NCBI GenBank assembly: GCA_951406725.2
Contig: OX597815.1
Span: forward strand, 123,504,001-123,568,000
Length of the DNA stretch: 64,000 nucleotides
Origin: Octopus vulgaris
Taxonomy: Eukaryota
Direction of reading: 5' to 3'
Position numbers and translations under genes: made by a program. Below, in pieces: positions 15,400 through 28,066 of this stretch; positions within the stretch are counted from its first letter, which is position 1, and every line of letters begins with the position of its first letter. Under the pieces are notes generated by a model, which saw nothing but the letters and a program-made list of their open reading frames with translations, made no database searches and was not told the origin of the DNA.

Positions 15400-15941
15400 T
15401 GAAGATATGCTATGCTTGAGAAGACCTGACAAGCCAAGTGAGACCATAGTTAATGGCCTATGCCAGTGGGTGTAACCAGCCCACTTATGAGTACCCCTCA
15501 TTCATTGGACAATAAACTTAGTTTGCGAAGACCTATTGAGGCAAGTGGAGAATAAGTCACTGATGTGGCCAATGACACATCTGAACATGATTGTTGCCAA
15601 GGCCGCAGATTGATTCTTGTGCTGGTGGCAAGTAAAAAGCACCATTCAAGCGTGATCGTTGCCAACGTCACTTTACCAGCACATGTGCAGGTGGCACATG
15701 GAAAACAACATTCGAGCATGGTCATTGTCAGTACTGCCAGACTGGCCCTTGTGCTGATGGCACGTAAAAGCACCCACTACACTCTCAGAGTGGTTGGCAT
15801 TAGGAAGGGCATCCAGCTGTAGAAACTTTGCCAGATCAGATTGGAGCCTGGTGTAGCCTTCTGGCTTGCTAGTCCTCAGTCAAACCGTCCAATCCATGCC
15901 AGCATGGAAAGCGGACGTTAAACGACGATGGTGATGACGAT
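15400..15941 (+). mobile_element. Non-autonomous repeat with RTE-type 3' tail
   Basis: Internal GGCACGTAAAAGCACC-type units and tail CATGCCAGCATGGAAAGCGGACGTTAAACGACGATG. Confidence 0.75.
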
Positions 15942-16504
15942 GTTTTTAATGGTATCTGTCATTGCTGAATTAGTTTCACATCAGTTTTATGTACAATATA
16001 TATTACAGTTCTTTATATTGTATTGAAAAACCTGACTGTCACAACTACTCATTCTTTATAACATCTATAGCTTTATTGCTATCTCAGAAATCTACAATGA
16101 AAAGCTGTGATGTGGTTATTATCTCTATTTTGTTCCCTAAAATTAATGTAACTTAATGCCTAAAAGAATTTATTGCTTGAACAAGAGATGTATCTACAAT
16201 CCATTGTAGGACTTCCAAGACTTGGATGGGAGGCAGGAAGGATTATATATTTATTTCAGATATAGTTTTGTGTGCTCAACAAATACAAAGTTTCTAAGTA
16301 AACTGTACAGGGGGTAAATAACTATAATCATTAAGAAATAAAATAATAGTAAAAAGGCAATAGAAAATAGGTATATATACATACAAAAACAATTATTTTA
16401 TCAAAATAAAATTTGTTTGTTACAATTTGCAATAATTTAGTGAAAAGGAATATATTTTACAAACAAAAAAGAAAAAAAGAACATCAATGCAACATCAAGT
16501 GCTT

Positions 16505-17017
16505 CTATTGGTTGCACATCACAGCATTAACATGCACGATGGTGAGGCTAAGGCATTGGAACAGCCAAGCACCCACATGGGCATTACATGACGCCTCAGT
16601 AAGGTGAGCCACCAACAAAGACAAGAACTTCACTGTTAGTGACCCAGGTCCTGCAACTGTCTTAAACACCACAGGCAGGAAGAGATAGTTCCTCCCGCAA
16701 ACAAGCATCATCAAGATACCAGACATTCAAGTCCAAATCAGCTCCTATTTTGGTAACATCATCAATACTCAGTGCAAATAGAACAGGTCCAAGTGGGTCA
16801 CAGTCGAACTCCAAAGGCAGATGGGATGAGGTAATCACCAAAGGAGAGGTAGGAGGGCTCCCAATAAACTTACTGCAAAGTGAGAGAGCTGTGGGGCATT
16901 CTCCCTTACTGCATGGAGGATAACATCCCAAGTGATGAAATTGAAAGCATTCCTGATCCTCAAACCAAAGAGTTGGACCAAATACTTGCAACTAAGCAGA
17001 CTCTGATAAAGGATCAC
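16505..17017 (-). mobile_element. Decayed reverse transcriptase fragment of a CRE/early-branching non-LTR retrotransposon
   Basis: Frameshifted frames give IRNAFNFITWDVILHAVRENAPQL and CDPLGPVLFALSIDD...LNVWYLDD, i.e. RT motifs NAFN, (QG)DPLGP and YLDD. Clade assignment is inference. Confidence 0.7.
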
Positions 17018-17799
17018 ATGATGATGCTAAACTAAATGTCAGACTAAATCTATTGTCCATGTACATCAAAACAGGATTTGAACTTAAAATGCCTACAGCC
17101 AGACCTAAATAGCACAAAACATTCAGCTCCACTAAATAAAAACTCCCAAATGTTAAAACATGATAATTTCTAACAAAGATCCTCAAAGCTAAAAACTTGG
17201 AAGGGAGGGCTCAGTCAATTAGATTGACTTGTACTTGACTGGCATTTTATTGAATCCAGAGCAAAGTTAACCTCAACAGGATTTGAGCTCAGAATACTGA
17301 GACCCAGAATAAATACAAGGCATTTCTCCATTGCCCAAATAACTTTGTTCATTACTTTACACTACAACAGACTCAGAAAAGATTCAGTGCAGTTTGTTTT
17401 ACAGTTAACTTTTTACCATAGAACTTCACATGTTTCACCTGCTATGTAATTAAAAAATTTGTTGCTTTTTATTGTAGACAAAAATCACTTCTTTAAGTAG
17501 AAGGTACTTAAAAGCATCACTAATTTAGATGATAAAATAAATGTTAAAGTTTATATTATTTGTTGTAGATAATTATCATCCACTGTTGACTAGATTTGAG
17601 AAATACTTGTCTGAGTATAGACCGGATTTTGGAAACTTAAATACTAGAGATTAGCAGTTTTGGTGACTGGCACAAGTTTAAAAAGAGTTTATCACTTCCC
17701 AAGAAAACTAAAACAAATGTGAATACATTAAGAAAATTTTTTTTATCTCAACCAGAAATGCTTGAAAGTAGAGCAATACAAAAGGGGAAGAAATTGAAG

Positions 17800-18866
17800 T
17801 TTGATATTGCTGAAAGTTCTGAAAGTTTTTCAATATACAAAAAAGGATATAAATAATTGACCTTTCAATGAATTAATTTCCATTATTATTAATGACCTTT
17901 GCCCATCTATCAGGCAATTTAAATATTTCATCAACTTCGTTCAGGTAACCAAAAACGTGGTTAGGCATCGTCTTGTTGGAACACTACCCTTTCCTGTTGG
18001 CAATCTCCAGCCTCAATTCTTGGATTTTTTGGTTCAAATTAGCCAGCTGATGACAGTACACATAAGAATTAACAGTCTGGTTTTCTGGGAGCTCACGATA
18101 AATAATGCCTTTATGATCCCATCAAACTTAGCTTTTTTGGCATGGATATTCATCTTTGATTGCTGTGTTGGAGTATCCTTATGCAAACTCCAGGATCTTT
18201 TCCATACTATGCTTTAGTACACAATTGATCTTTTTATCTCCAGTCAAAAGTTGCTTCAAAAAAGGCATGCTTTCGTTCCATTTCAAAAGCATATCACAAA
18301 TGAAATACCGGTCCAAGCAATTCTTTTCTGAGAGTTTGCGAAGGACCCATATATTATAGCAAGAAATATACCCTAGCTTCACTAGGTATTCATAAGCTGT
18401 ACTTTTAGAAACTTCCAACTCCTCTGCAAGTTCTCTGGTTGTGATATTTGAGTTTTCTTTGATTTTTGCCTTCAAAACATCATCCAATTTTGAAGGTCTT
18501 CCACTGTGACTGTCATCTAAGCTAAAAACTACAACTTTAAATTTTGAAAACCACCTTTGAACAGTTGATTCACTTACAGCTTCATTACCATAAACTTCAC
18601 AAATGTTTTTGCAAGTCTTTGAAGCGTTTTCTCCTTTTTTAAAAAAGAAAACCATTACAACGCAAATATGAAAGTTTTGGTTATTCATTTCAAATATCAA
18701 TAAAGGGTAACTGGAATGAAAGTTAAATACTTTTAGTCAGGAACAAAGAAGAGATGCACCACTACTTCAACAACACCGAAGTTTTAACTGTTGTGTTTCA
18801 GGTGTGTTCAATGAAGTATTGAAAGATTTAGCTTAAAAACACTCAGAACTTTCTAGACAACTTAAT
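17800..18866 (-). mobile_element. Degenerate mariner transposon; transposase pseudogene (ORF remnant 18179-18700)
   Basis: HTH region ICEVYGNEAVSESTVQRWFSKF...SGRP, WVLRKLSE (WVPHEL-like), LLTGD first catalytic Asp. Weak TIR-like GAAAGTTCTGA at both ends. Confidence 0.88.
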
Positions 18867-20459
18867 TTAGCATAAAACCACACCAAAAATTTTCTAGTTG
18901 ATACATCTTGACATATTGATATGTTTAATAGTAAAATGATACTCCTGTTTCAGATATCAAGGAAATAAAAATAAAACAAAAGGTAGTATTGATGTGATAA
19001 CACTAGTGGTGACAGACCAGTGTAAACTCAGTTGTTGCCCAAAGCCTTGCAAAGTTTTATGGATGTGTCAATTCATATTGTGTTCATGATTTTACTTTCA
19101 CAGAATTATTTTAATGTATTTCACTGGTAGTCCTCACTAATTTTTCACTGGTAGTCCTCACTAATTTGTAACTGTAGTACATTTATTCTACCTCTTTTAA
19201 ATAAGAATTGGCAGATAAGTACCATAAATAACATCTTCCTTGGATATTATATCTTCCTTTGTTTCCTGTTTCTTATTCTGAGTAACATCTATTAAGTTTT
19301 TCTGCATTCCACTGATTTTCCTATACACTCAGTAGACCCAGTCATGTTTCAATTGACTAGCAGTACATTAACTTAGCTATGATTCATCATTTACCTCCAG
19401 TATTGCTAAGCCCAACACTTACTGTTATCTTAGTGAAATTTATCTACTAGCCTTCTCTAGTTCATTCTTGTATCACTTATCTACAAGCATGTGTTTTGTT
19501 GCTTTGTGTGCTAGCTTCTTATTTCATATTAATTACCCTGCAGTGAAGTCATATCTTATCAAATACAAGGATTCCCCCTTTCCCCACATCTTTTATTTAG
19601 CAACTGCAAACAAACATGGTCATTTCAACTTTCTCTCCTAGTTAAGCTTGTTCTAGTTTATATCATCGCCTATTATCTCTTATACTTTAATATACTACAA
19701 TAGGCATATGAGGTAGATGGTTGCAACCCTATCCACTGGTTTAGGAAAGGCTAAATTTTAGAAAAAATTCAGATGAAACCTTAGTCAAAGAATGATTATT
19801 GAGATCAATTTTGGGGGCAGGAGACTAACTTTCTAATATTCAATGCATAATCAGAACTGCAGTGCAAAATTTATCCTTGATTCTTTCCTTGTTGTGTTCT
19901 TCAAGCATTCTTTTGGCACTCACAGTAGATTGAAGTGTTATCTACACAACACTATTAAATCATTTGGCTCTGATCTGTAATTAATATTCATGCACAAGTG
20001 CAGTTCTACGTGAATATATTGCCAAAATTATCATCATATTCAACATTAGCAAGAATAAGAAACATCTTGATCTGAGCTTCTGTTTGAAGTTTTTTGATGT
20101 GACAATTCAGAATGTCATTAAATATTGTCATTTTACAATCAAAGATTTTTGCAATATTTTTGTTGTACAAGCTTAATATTTTTATCTTGATTATATTATC
20201 TACTTAAAATTGTTTGGTTTGTTTTTTTTTTTTTGATGGGTAGAGTGCAGTTTGAAAATTTAGTAGGGTGCAAAAAACTTAGGTTCTCTCTCAGCCCTCC
20301 CATCTCCATTACCTACCACATCAAGAAATGTTACCTGTACATAAGTATGAGCTATTGATACCTACTTTTCTTATTCTTTGTACACAGCCTTGCTAGTTTT
20401 TATAGTACATTGAATTTACAGCATATCATATACCTGAAAACTACAACCCACCATGCTCT

Positions 20460-20913
20460 GAACTTCTTGCTTCCCTGGGTATGAACACAAAGTTCCAATA
20501 TCTGACAACTGACTGGGGAAACACCCACAAGATTATCGACCATCTTTCCAACAACAACCCTGAGAACCTTTTTTGGATTCGTTATGTTTAACACTCATGG
20601 ACATGCTTACAAAATCAAAAATAACAGCACCCATGACATGCGGAAACATTTTCCTATGCTCAGAATTGCTGAAACTTGGAATAAACTACACGCATCAGTT
20701 GTTAATTGTTGGCACACTACATCCTTCAAAACTTCTATGCTTCAAGAAATTTGCCACCAATACACATGATGCTTTTGCCTCCCTTAGTTTTTAAAGAGCT
20801 CATTCACTGTTCACTTCCTGTGCATTATTCTATATGCTGTTCATGCACTTTGGGCTACTTTTCTGATGAGTTGTAGTGCATCTGAGCACTGTCTACAGTA
20901 AGTTTATTATTAT
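20460..20913 (+). mobile_element. CR1-like LINE 3' end
   Basis: NTHGHAYKIK...RKHF...RIAETWNKL..SVV...SFK (TRGH...WNxLP motif) with a (TTA)n tail. Confidence 0.75.
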
Positions 20914-21791
20914 TACCAGTCAAAGCTCAACTCCTTACTTCTTGCCATCTCTATGCAAACCACCCACATAAAATACAAGTGCTTTTTAAAGATGAAATAA
21001 GCTAAAGAATATTTGAGATTGGAAACTAAAATGACCTCATAGTAAAAATATTTAATAATGTAATGTGATGTGATAACAATGCTTGCTTATTTTCAGTAGC
21101 AACAAAACACTTCAAGTTTTTTTCTTTTTCTTTTTTCTTTAATGTGTCCAGCTGCTGTGTGTACAGATGTTATTTTTTAAACAAAGATTTTTATAAACAA
21201 CCTGTTGATTATTCCATGCAGATCAATACATAATTTATTGGAAAGAGAGCTACTGCATTTATGGAAGACACTTGTCATTCTTTCAATCCAAAAATGTCAG
21301 CTTCAGCAGAATTTAAAGATCCAGATTCAACAGATTTAGGAGACACAAATGGTGACAAGGGTGATTAAGCTGTGACACACCAAAGGATAAGTAGCCCAGC
21401 TGTATTGTGGTCAGATTTCAGAAAGTCATACACTTGAAAATACAACTATCTGGAAGCTGAGTTTCTAAAACAATTGCTGTTTAGATTCAGCAAACAACCA
21501 TTGAAATGAATCCCACTGATAACAGCTCAGAAAATTTACAAACATTATTTGGCTTAAGTTCTCAAAGTACAGGTTTATATATGTACTTCCTGCTTGTCGA
21601 GTTCTGAATAGACACCACTGTTATTCCGCTCCATCAATGAATTTAAGAACCAACTACTATCAATACACCAATACTACCAACATCATTCAGCTACACCTAT
21701 GAGTGAAATGTAAATCTTATAACTCAGAAACCTATTATGTCACTTGAAGTTTTTTCTGATTGCATTCGATTTGATATATATATATATATAT

Positions 21792-21831
<40 letters not shown>

Positions 21832-21834
<3 letters not shown>

Positions 21835-22521
21835 CAAAACGCACCCCCACCACGTCCAATGGACAGTGCTGAATCATATCTGCAGAATAAAAAGCAATCA
21901 GTGTTTTCTTTTCATTAAAAAATAATTAAGCTTGCATTTATTTCAATAAAATTTTGGGTTTTGTTAAACGAAGTTAAGGCAAAAAAAAAAAAACTTCTTG
22001 AGAAACCAAATACACTGCACCAGAATAGGTGCATGTTATATGGAACCAGCACAGGTGCTTTTTATGTTACATTGAAAACAGAATAATAATAATAATCTCT
22101 TTCAAACTTACATTGGCATGCCTTCTACAATGCAAGTAGCCAGCTATTTGGCTATAAACAAAATAGAACCTCTAATGCCAAGTTTGAAGAAAATATCTCT
22201 TTTGCATCTTTCTTTTTTGGTCTCTTAAATATACTGCATTTTGTGGCATTATTTCAAGCCAGCCAGCTTTTTTTGCACAAACTGCACATGCATTTTTCTC
22301 ATGTATGCATAGTATAGATCGCAACAGCTGATGTACTTGCACGTACAAATGCACATTCCCATGGCTTTATTAATTGCATTCTCACCTGGAATCGATTTTT
22401 GTAATTTTTTCAAGACTTATACACACCCTGATACCGTCGATATCTACATATCAAATTTGAGCGCAATCGGATGGAGGATGCCCGTGATCCTAGAAGACAC
22501 ACACACAGACAGACAGAACGG

Positions 22522-22530
<9 letters not shown>
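21832..22530 (+). mobile_element. Non-autonomous Helentron-associated (HINE/DINE-like) element between (TA)n tracts
   Basis: 3' end CAAATTTGAGCGCAATCGG...ACACAGACAGACAGAACGGATTTTATATATA resembles HINE-type ends. The 5' boundary is uncertain. Confidence 0.45.
22011..22171 (+). repeat. 161-bp direct duplicate of 29096-29256
   Basis: TACACTGCACCAGAATAGG...AAACAAAATAGAACCT; no mismatch seen between the two copies. Confidence 0.95.
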
Positions 22531-22561
<31 letters not shown>

Positions 22562-22564
22562 CAT

Positions 22565-22720
22565 ATATTCGAAATTTACAGTAAAACAAAAGACGAAGAC
22601 AGGTGTATGAACAATAAAACAGGTGTATTAGTTTGATGCTCAGGAAAAATTAAAAAGTCTAACATTACAAGCCTATGCTCTTCAGCAGAAAGAAATAAGA
22701 GAAAATAAACAGACAATAAA
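22565..22720 (-). mobile_element. Penelope-like terminal-repeat fragment
   Basis: Minus strand CTGAAGAGCATAGGCTTGTAATG (eroded hammerhead-like core) followed by CACCTGTCTTCGTCTTTTGTTTTACTGTAAATTTCG, next to (TA)n. A partial second copy lies at about 22780-22812. Confidence 0.5.
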
Positions 22721-22932
22721 AAAAATGTGTGGATTTAGTGGTCAAGTGTATATGTGTGTGCATGTGTGTGTATATATATAGTTCAAATTTATAGAAAAAC
22801 AAGACGTAGACATGGGATTATACATTATGTGTGCACACATATATGCACATATACATAAATATATTTATGTGCACATATATATGTACATATATGTGCACAT
22901 ATATATATATATAAATATATATGCACTTTATA

Positions 22933-23250
22933 TATCATCATTTAATGTCTGTTGTCCATGGATTCGATAGTTTGACCAAGGCTGCACTGGACTCCAGTCT
23001 GATTTGGCATGGTTTTCTACAGCTGGATGCCCTTCCTAACGCCAACCATTCAGTGTAATGGATGCTTTTACATGCCATTTGTGTGAAACCAGTATCTGCC
23101 ACAACTGCAATTTTGCTCGGCTTGATGAGTCTTCTCCAGCAAGAAATAATGCCAAAGATTTCGGTCATTGCCTCTGTGAGGCTCAAAGTCCAAAGATCAT
23201 TCTTCACCACTTTGTCCCATGTCTTCCTGGGTCTACCTCAACCACAGGTT
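22933..23250 (-). mobile_element. RTE-type 3' tail repeat
   Basis: CATCATTTAATGTC...CAGCTGGATGCCCTTCCTAACGCCAACC, the reverse complement of the common tail. Confidence 0.7.
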
Positions 23251-23260
23251 ATATATACGC

Positions 23261-23310
<50 letters not shown>

Positions 23311-23410
23311 TTACATACATATATACATACATTATAAGTAGATAAATACACACATTTTTTTATATTTTTGTATATATGCACACTCACATATATGCATATA
23401 TGCAATGAGT

Positions 23411-23580
23411 TACTGTATTTAATGGCATATATGATGCTTTCTTCAGAGTCAGTAACTAAAAAAAAAAACGCCCTGGGTCCATCATGCAGAATTGCTTTAA
23501 ATATTGCATGCTTTAATGCAATTTCCTGAATATGTGCTGCTGAAATTGCATGTGTGTCTTTTATGCCATCAGATACAGTA
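23411..23580. mobile_element. pogo/Tigger-like MITE
   Basis: Termini TACTGTATTTAATGGCATA ... TATGCCATCAGATACAGTA (imperfect TIR, TA ends). Confidence 0.7.
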
Positions 23581-23594
23581 ATATCTTATCTTTT

Positions 23595-23902
23595 AAGCAT
23601 TCCAATCATTTGACTGTAGGCATGCTGGGACACCACCTTGGAGCATTTTAGTTGAACAAATCAACCCCAGTACATATTCTTTTAAGTCTAGTACTTATTC
23701 TATTAGTGTCTTTTGCCAAACCACTAAGTTATGGGTGCATAAGCACACCAACACTAGTTATCAAGTAGTGGGAGGGGGAGAGACAAACATAAATACAAAC
23801 ATGCACACACACACACACAGTTTCTGTCTACCAAATCAACTCACAAGGCTTTGGTTGACCTGAGGCTAAAGAAGACATGTGCCCAAGCTGTGACTGAACC
23901 CA
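23595..23902 (-). mobile_element. tRNA-derived SINE, 3' part; its 5' head lies at 24756-24784 beyond an insertion
   Basis: Family segments CTACCAAATC..CTCACAAGGCTTTGG...GACTGAACCC; the head resumes as GGAAACCAGCTTCTTACCACACAGCC. Confidence 0.75.
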
Positions 23903-24755
23903 GAGAGGAATTTCAACCGTGTTTTGTGGTCTGCTACCACAACAGTTCCTTTATAGGATCCAGTTAGCTCAAGACATCATCAGTAGGAACCACGTCCGGT
24001 TTCGGCCCCTACTCCTCTACCGTTTTGACGTGGCGGGCCTCCCCCCCTTTCAGAGGTGTCTTCAGCTCTGGTGTTGGGTGCATGTCTTCTTTCTTCTGTT
24101 CCCTGGCCCCTTCGATGTGGTGTCAACGAGTGTCAGCGGTCGACTGACTGTTTTGTCAATTTTTTTCCCTTTAAATACCTGCTGCTAGGCTCCAGCAGGC
24201 AGCCCCAGCAAGTTGTCACGTGACACTGTCTCAACTTTAACTGACCAATGAAGGTGCGTAGTCTTAGGCCACACATTCTCTAAATGACCGTCAGCTGTCA
24301 GTCAGCGAAGCTAATTCAGTGTCAGCATGTCTCACATAGTGATGTTATTTTCCGCCGGCATGTTATGATTTTCAAACCATTTTTGGTCTTCCCGCATCGG
24401 CCATATATAGAAGCTGGCTTTTTCGACCACCTCCTGTACTCTCCTTATTAGTTTTCTCAGCTCCAAGCTAGAAAAAACAAATCTTCTTTTGAATAGCCTT
24501 GTCATTTTTCTTTCAATGAAGCCCCTAGCCCCCACTGCCAGGTGGTAATACTCGACATTCCATCCCTGTTCTCTGCACTCTTTGATTAGTTTTTGGTACC
24601 TCTTCTCCTTCCATTCCTCTGCATTGCCGATGTTCTCTTCCCATGGCACTGTCAGTTCTAGCAAAATTCCTATTCTCTGTTCTCTGTTCCATAGGACTAA
24701 ATCTGATCTTTTTGTAGTTTTTATTTGTGGAAATATTACTTGTCTTTCCAAATCC
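23903..24755 (-). mobile_element. 5'-truncated R2/Hero-clade non-LTR retrotransposon: restriction-like endonuclease C-terminus plus 3' UTR
   Basis: KRSDLVLW...LLELTVPWEENI..AEEWKEKRY..L...GW......VGARGF (RLE motif typical of Hero elements). Open to the stop at 24332; the 3' UTR is CpG-rich. Confidence 0.85.
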
Positions 24756-26766
24756 GTGGGAAACCAGCTTCTTACCACACAGCCCCCACTTTTATATGAA
24801 TAAAGCAATTTAAAAAGATGATACCTAAAGCTTTTAGCACAAGACTGTATTAATAATATATACAAGTTAATCGCATCTTTTTGGACGTTAAAGACAAAAT
24901 TTTCAGTTTTGATAAGTTTAATTTTGACACTTCCAATGCTAATGAGGCACATTCAGAATAGTTTGGATTAAAGGGATTTATTCTATTGGATTCCTATCAA
25001 TATTAGGAAATCTTGAAGTATGATTAGAATCAGAGCAAAATTAATTAATGAATTTTGGTAGAGATTAGTAGGAAATGTAATAAGAAAGAATTAGAATGAA
25101 GTAATTACAAAAATTACGTTTATTGGTTATATGGACATGACCAAACAAGACAGGGTTGATTAAATAGATGCTCTAATGTGGACCCCTCTTTCTCTATGCC
25201 AATATAGAAATGAAACAATATTGTCAAGGACTAAGGATTTCAGAATAATCTTGTGTAGATGCCAACTAAGTTTCTTGTTGGATACTAATAATGAAGTATT
25301 ACTTGCAACTAAAATACTACACAAGTTAGATATCAAAAAAATAAAAATATTTTCAGCATTAATCAGCTGCATATGTACATATGTGTGCATGCATGTGCAT
25401 TAGAATTTCAAATTTAGAAATTACTTATACAATTCCTCTCAAATTGTATCCATGGAAAAATGTTCCAATACTCTATAAATACTGAAACAAGTAGCAATAT
25501 GCTTTACTGCCAGACTTGACTAGTATGTGACAGCATACAAATGTTATAATGATGGCAAATGATGAAATATTAATGAAAGGAATGTGATATGCTGTTATGG
25601 GAAATGTCTGTGACATGAATTTCAGAAAGAAACTAAATTAGAATAAATAAAACATGAGAGATCTAGCTACAATAGTTCATTACAATATTAATTTCTAACT
25701 TCATATCATGGTCACAAACATAGTGGAGAGAAGTGCCTCAGATTTAATCAATGTTATTACTTCGCTGGTATATACTTAATGGTAACAAAATATAAGACAG
25801 TCTCAGACATTCCAGAAGATAAACTCAAAGATAAAGAAACTCAAAAACTAAGGGATCATAAGAAATACAAGACATTATTGTCTGGCACTACCAATTCTAT
25901 CTCCTACCATTTGGTTCCTCAAAACAGTGGTATCAAACTAAGAAAATTTCTACTGTATATAGACAACTACAATTTTATAGAGTCAATGGTGAAGCTCTTA
26001 TGGGCTTGTTCAACCTGCTAGAAATACCAACCATATCTCTTTCAAACCACAGTTTCCATCTGACCAAAAAAAATAAGTTGCTGGATCTGCTCAATCAAAA
26101 CTGACCAGAGGCTAAAAAACAATTATCAACTTGTAAATCACAGTCACATTTTTATTGAAAAGAACTTTAATTGGTTTCAGCAGAAAGTTATAAATAAAAT
26201 GTATTAGGTGCAAAAATATGTTTTTGAGAGAACCAAGAAAAGAATAGAAAAAAGAAAAGATATTTCATTTAAAAGGCTATAATATTACTTTTTCAGAAGT
26301 GAGTTCATGAAATGAAATACATTTCATAGTAAATACATTTTTTTTTATCTTATGGAAAAGTATTATCTAAAGGAAAATGTAACTGATACAACATCTATAT
26401 AAATGTTATGACATATAATATGAAGCTTCTACTTGCAGACTTCATAATTCAGTCCATTAACAAACAATACACTACATTCACAGAAAAGTATTAATAGGAT
26501 GGAATTGACATTATTCTAAATATACCTATAGGATGATGAAAGACAAGACAATCATTCAAAAAAAATCTAGAAATAAGTAGTTTCAATTAATAGTTCAATA
26601 TATTACTGAAGAAAACTATACTCTTAATTTCTGATTCAGTTTTTATCTTAGTTGATAAAACAAATACTATTTTGTGACGCCATTACCAGATGAATGATTC
26701 ATATTTAGTTTAGAAATTTCTGAGATAAAGTAATCTAAAAATCATATATGATATCATCACTTAGAA

Positions 26767-26925
26767 CAGTGGTTCCCAACCTCTTCACTACCAAGGACCC
26801 CTTTTATTTAAATGAGATTTCCCATGGACCCTAGGATATTGAAAGGTCTATCAGCTTAACATGGACCCCCAGAACTACCTTTGAAGTCAACAAGGGGTCT
26901 GCAGACCACAGGTTGGGAACTACTG
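26767..26925. mobile_element. hAT (Charlie-like) MITE
   Basis: TIRs CAGTGGTTCCCAACCT / AGGTTGGGAACTACTG; 8-bp flanks ACTTAGAA / ATCTAGAA fit an NTCTAGAN-type TSD. Confidence 0.85.
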
Positions 26926-27385
26926 ATCTAGAAATTTCCTTGTTAGTATCGATTAACCTTGAAGAAGGGAAAGAAAAATTAAACTGCATGTTTTAAATGT
27001 TTATTACGGTCCAATTTGCTTTCAGTTAAGAGAACTATGTTAGAAGTAAAAATCAGTGCTACTGACAAGACAAAATGCAACAACCATTATTTTTCTATAA
27101 AAAGATTTGTGTGATAAATGGTGCAACACAGTGTAAGATTTTGGTCATTTTTTTTTCCATTTGTGAACTGTTGGATATAGACTTATTCATACTGATAATT
27201 TATACATAAGCTATAAATTTCAATGCTACTAATCATTTGACTGCCCAGGCCAGTGCATACAAGTGCAGATACAAGACTAATACTGAGCAAAAGATCTACA
27301 GAATTTTAGAAATTCTAGTCATGTGTGTTCAGTTGATCAATCAATTGAATTAGCATGAATATTCCTCAGACGTGTGTAACCTTAA

Positions 27386-27641
27386 TGAATTAGGAAGCCA
27401 GAAACTGGGGCTGGTGAAGCCATAGAAATTCTCTAACAACTGGTTCTGACCCTTTCCAGAGGTTGGCAAGGAGCCAAATCCTGCTACCACGCATATAGCC
27501 TTCTAACAGCAACCATCTCCAACCAGGGTTTGACTACAGTCTCCAATAGCTTCACATAGCTGTCTGAATTGAGCTTAAGGCCTTGTCCAAAGATGTGAGG
27601 CAGCATGACATAAAAATCATACTTAGTCTGAACACCCTGTA
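27386..27641 (-). mobile_element. Internally deleted Tc1/mariner fragment
   Basis: TACAGGGTGTTC terminus fused to GLKLNSDSYVKLLETVVKPWL...YAW*QDLAPC...W-PNS catalytic-domain remnant. Confidence 0.7.
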
Positions 27642-27644
27642 TAT

Positions 27645-27679
<35 letters not shown>

Positions 27680-27680
<1 letters not shown>

Positions 27681-28066
27681 GTGCAGGCGTGGCTGTGTCG
27701 GTTAAGAAATCTGCTTTTCCCAACCACATGGTTTTGGGTTCAGTCTCACTGTGTGGTAGGTTGGGCAAGTGTTTACTCTAGTCTTGGGCTGACCAAAGCC
27801 TTGAGAGCAAATCTGGTAGACAGAAACTGAAAGAATCCTGTTGTGTATGCATATCCAGATGTGTTTGTCTCCTTGTCTTAACATTGATAGTTGTAAATGA
27901 GTGACACATTTCCCATATTCTATGAAAACATGTCTGGCCATGGAAAAATATCACCTTGCTTGGAATCGTGATTGTTGGCGATAGGAATGGTATTCAATTA
28001 TAGAAAATTTCAAACTGTTCAACCTAAGCAAGTATGGAAAAGTGAATATTAAAATGATGATGATGA
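27680..28066 (+). mobile_element. tRNA-derived SINE with RTE-type (GAT)n tail
   Basis: Head GCAGGCGTGGCTGTGTCGGTTAAG...GGGTTCAGTCTCACTG (A/B boxes); tail TTAAAATGATGATGATG. Confidence 0.8.

Noticed and set aside
19119-19168. Short tandem duplications (also 33426-33485)
   Set aside because: Ordinary slippage duplications of about 25-27 bp.
24800-25370. Possible I/Nimb-type LINE C-terminal remnant
   Set aside because: Only a faint motif resemblance (EVIT..FIGY); too decayed to support without a search.
27680-27760. tRNA genes at SINE heads (also 34359, 47920, 59119)
   Set aside because: A/B boxes are present but run into SINE bodies without a complete cloverleaf.
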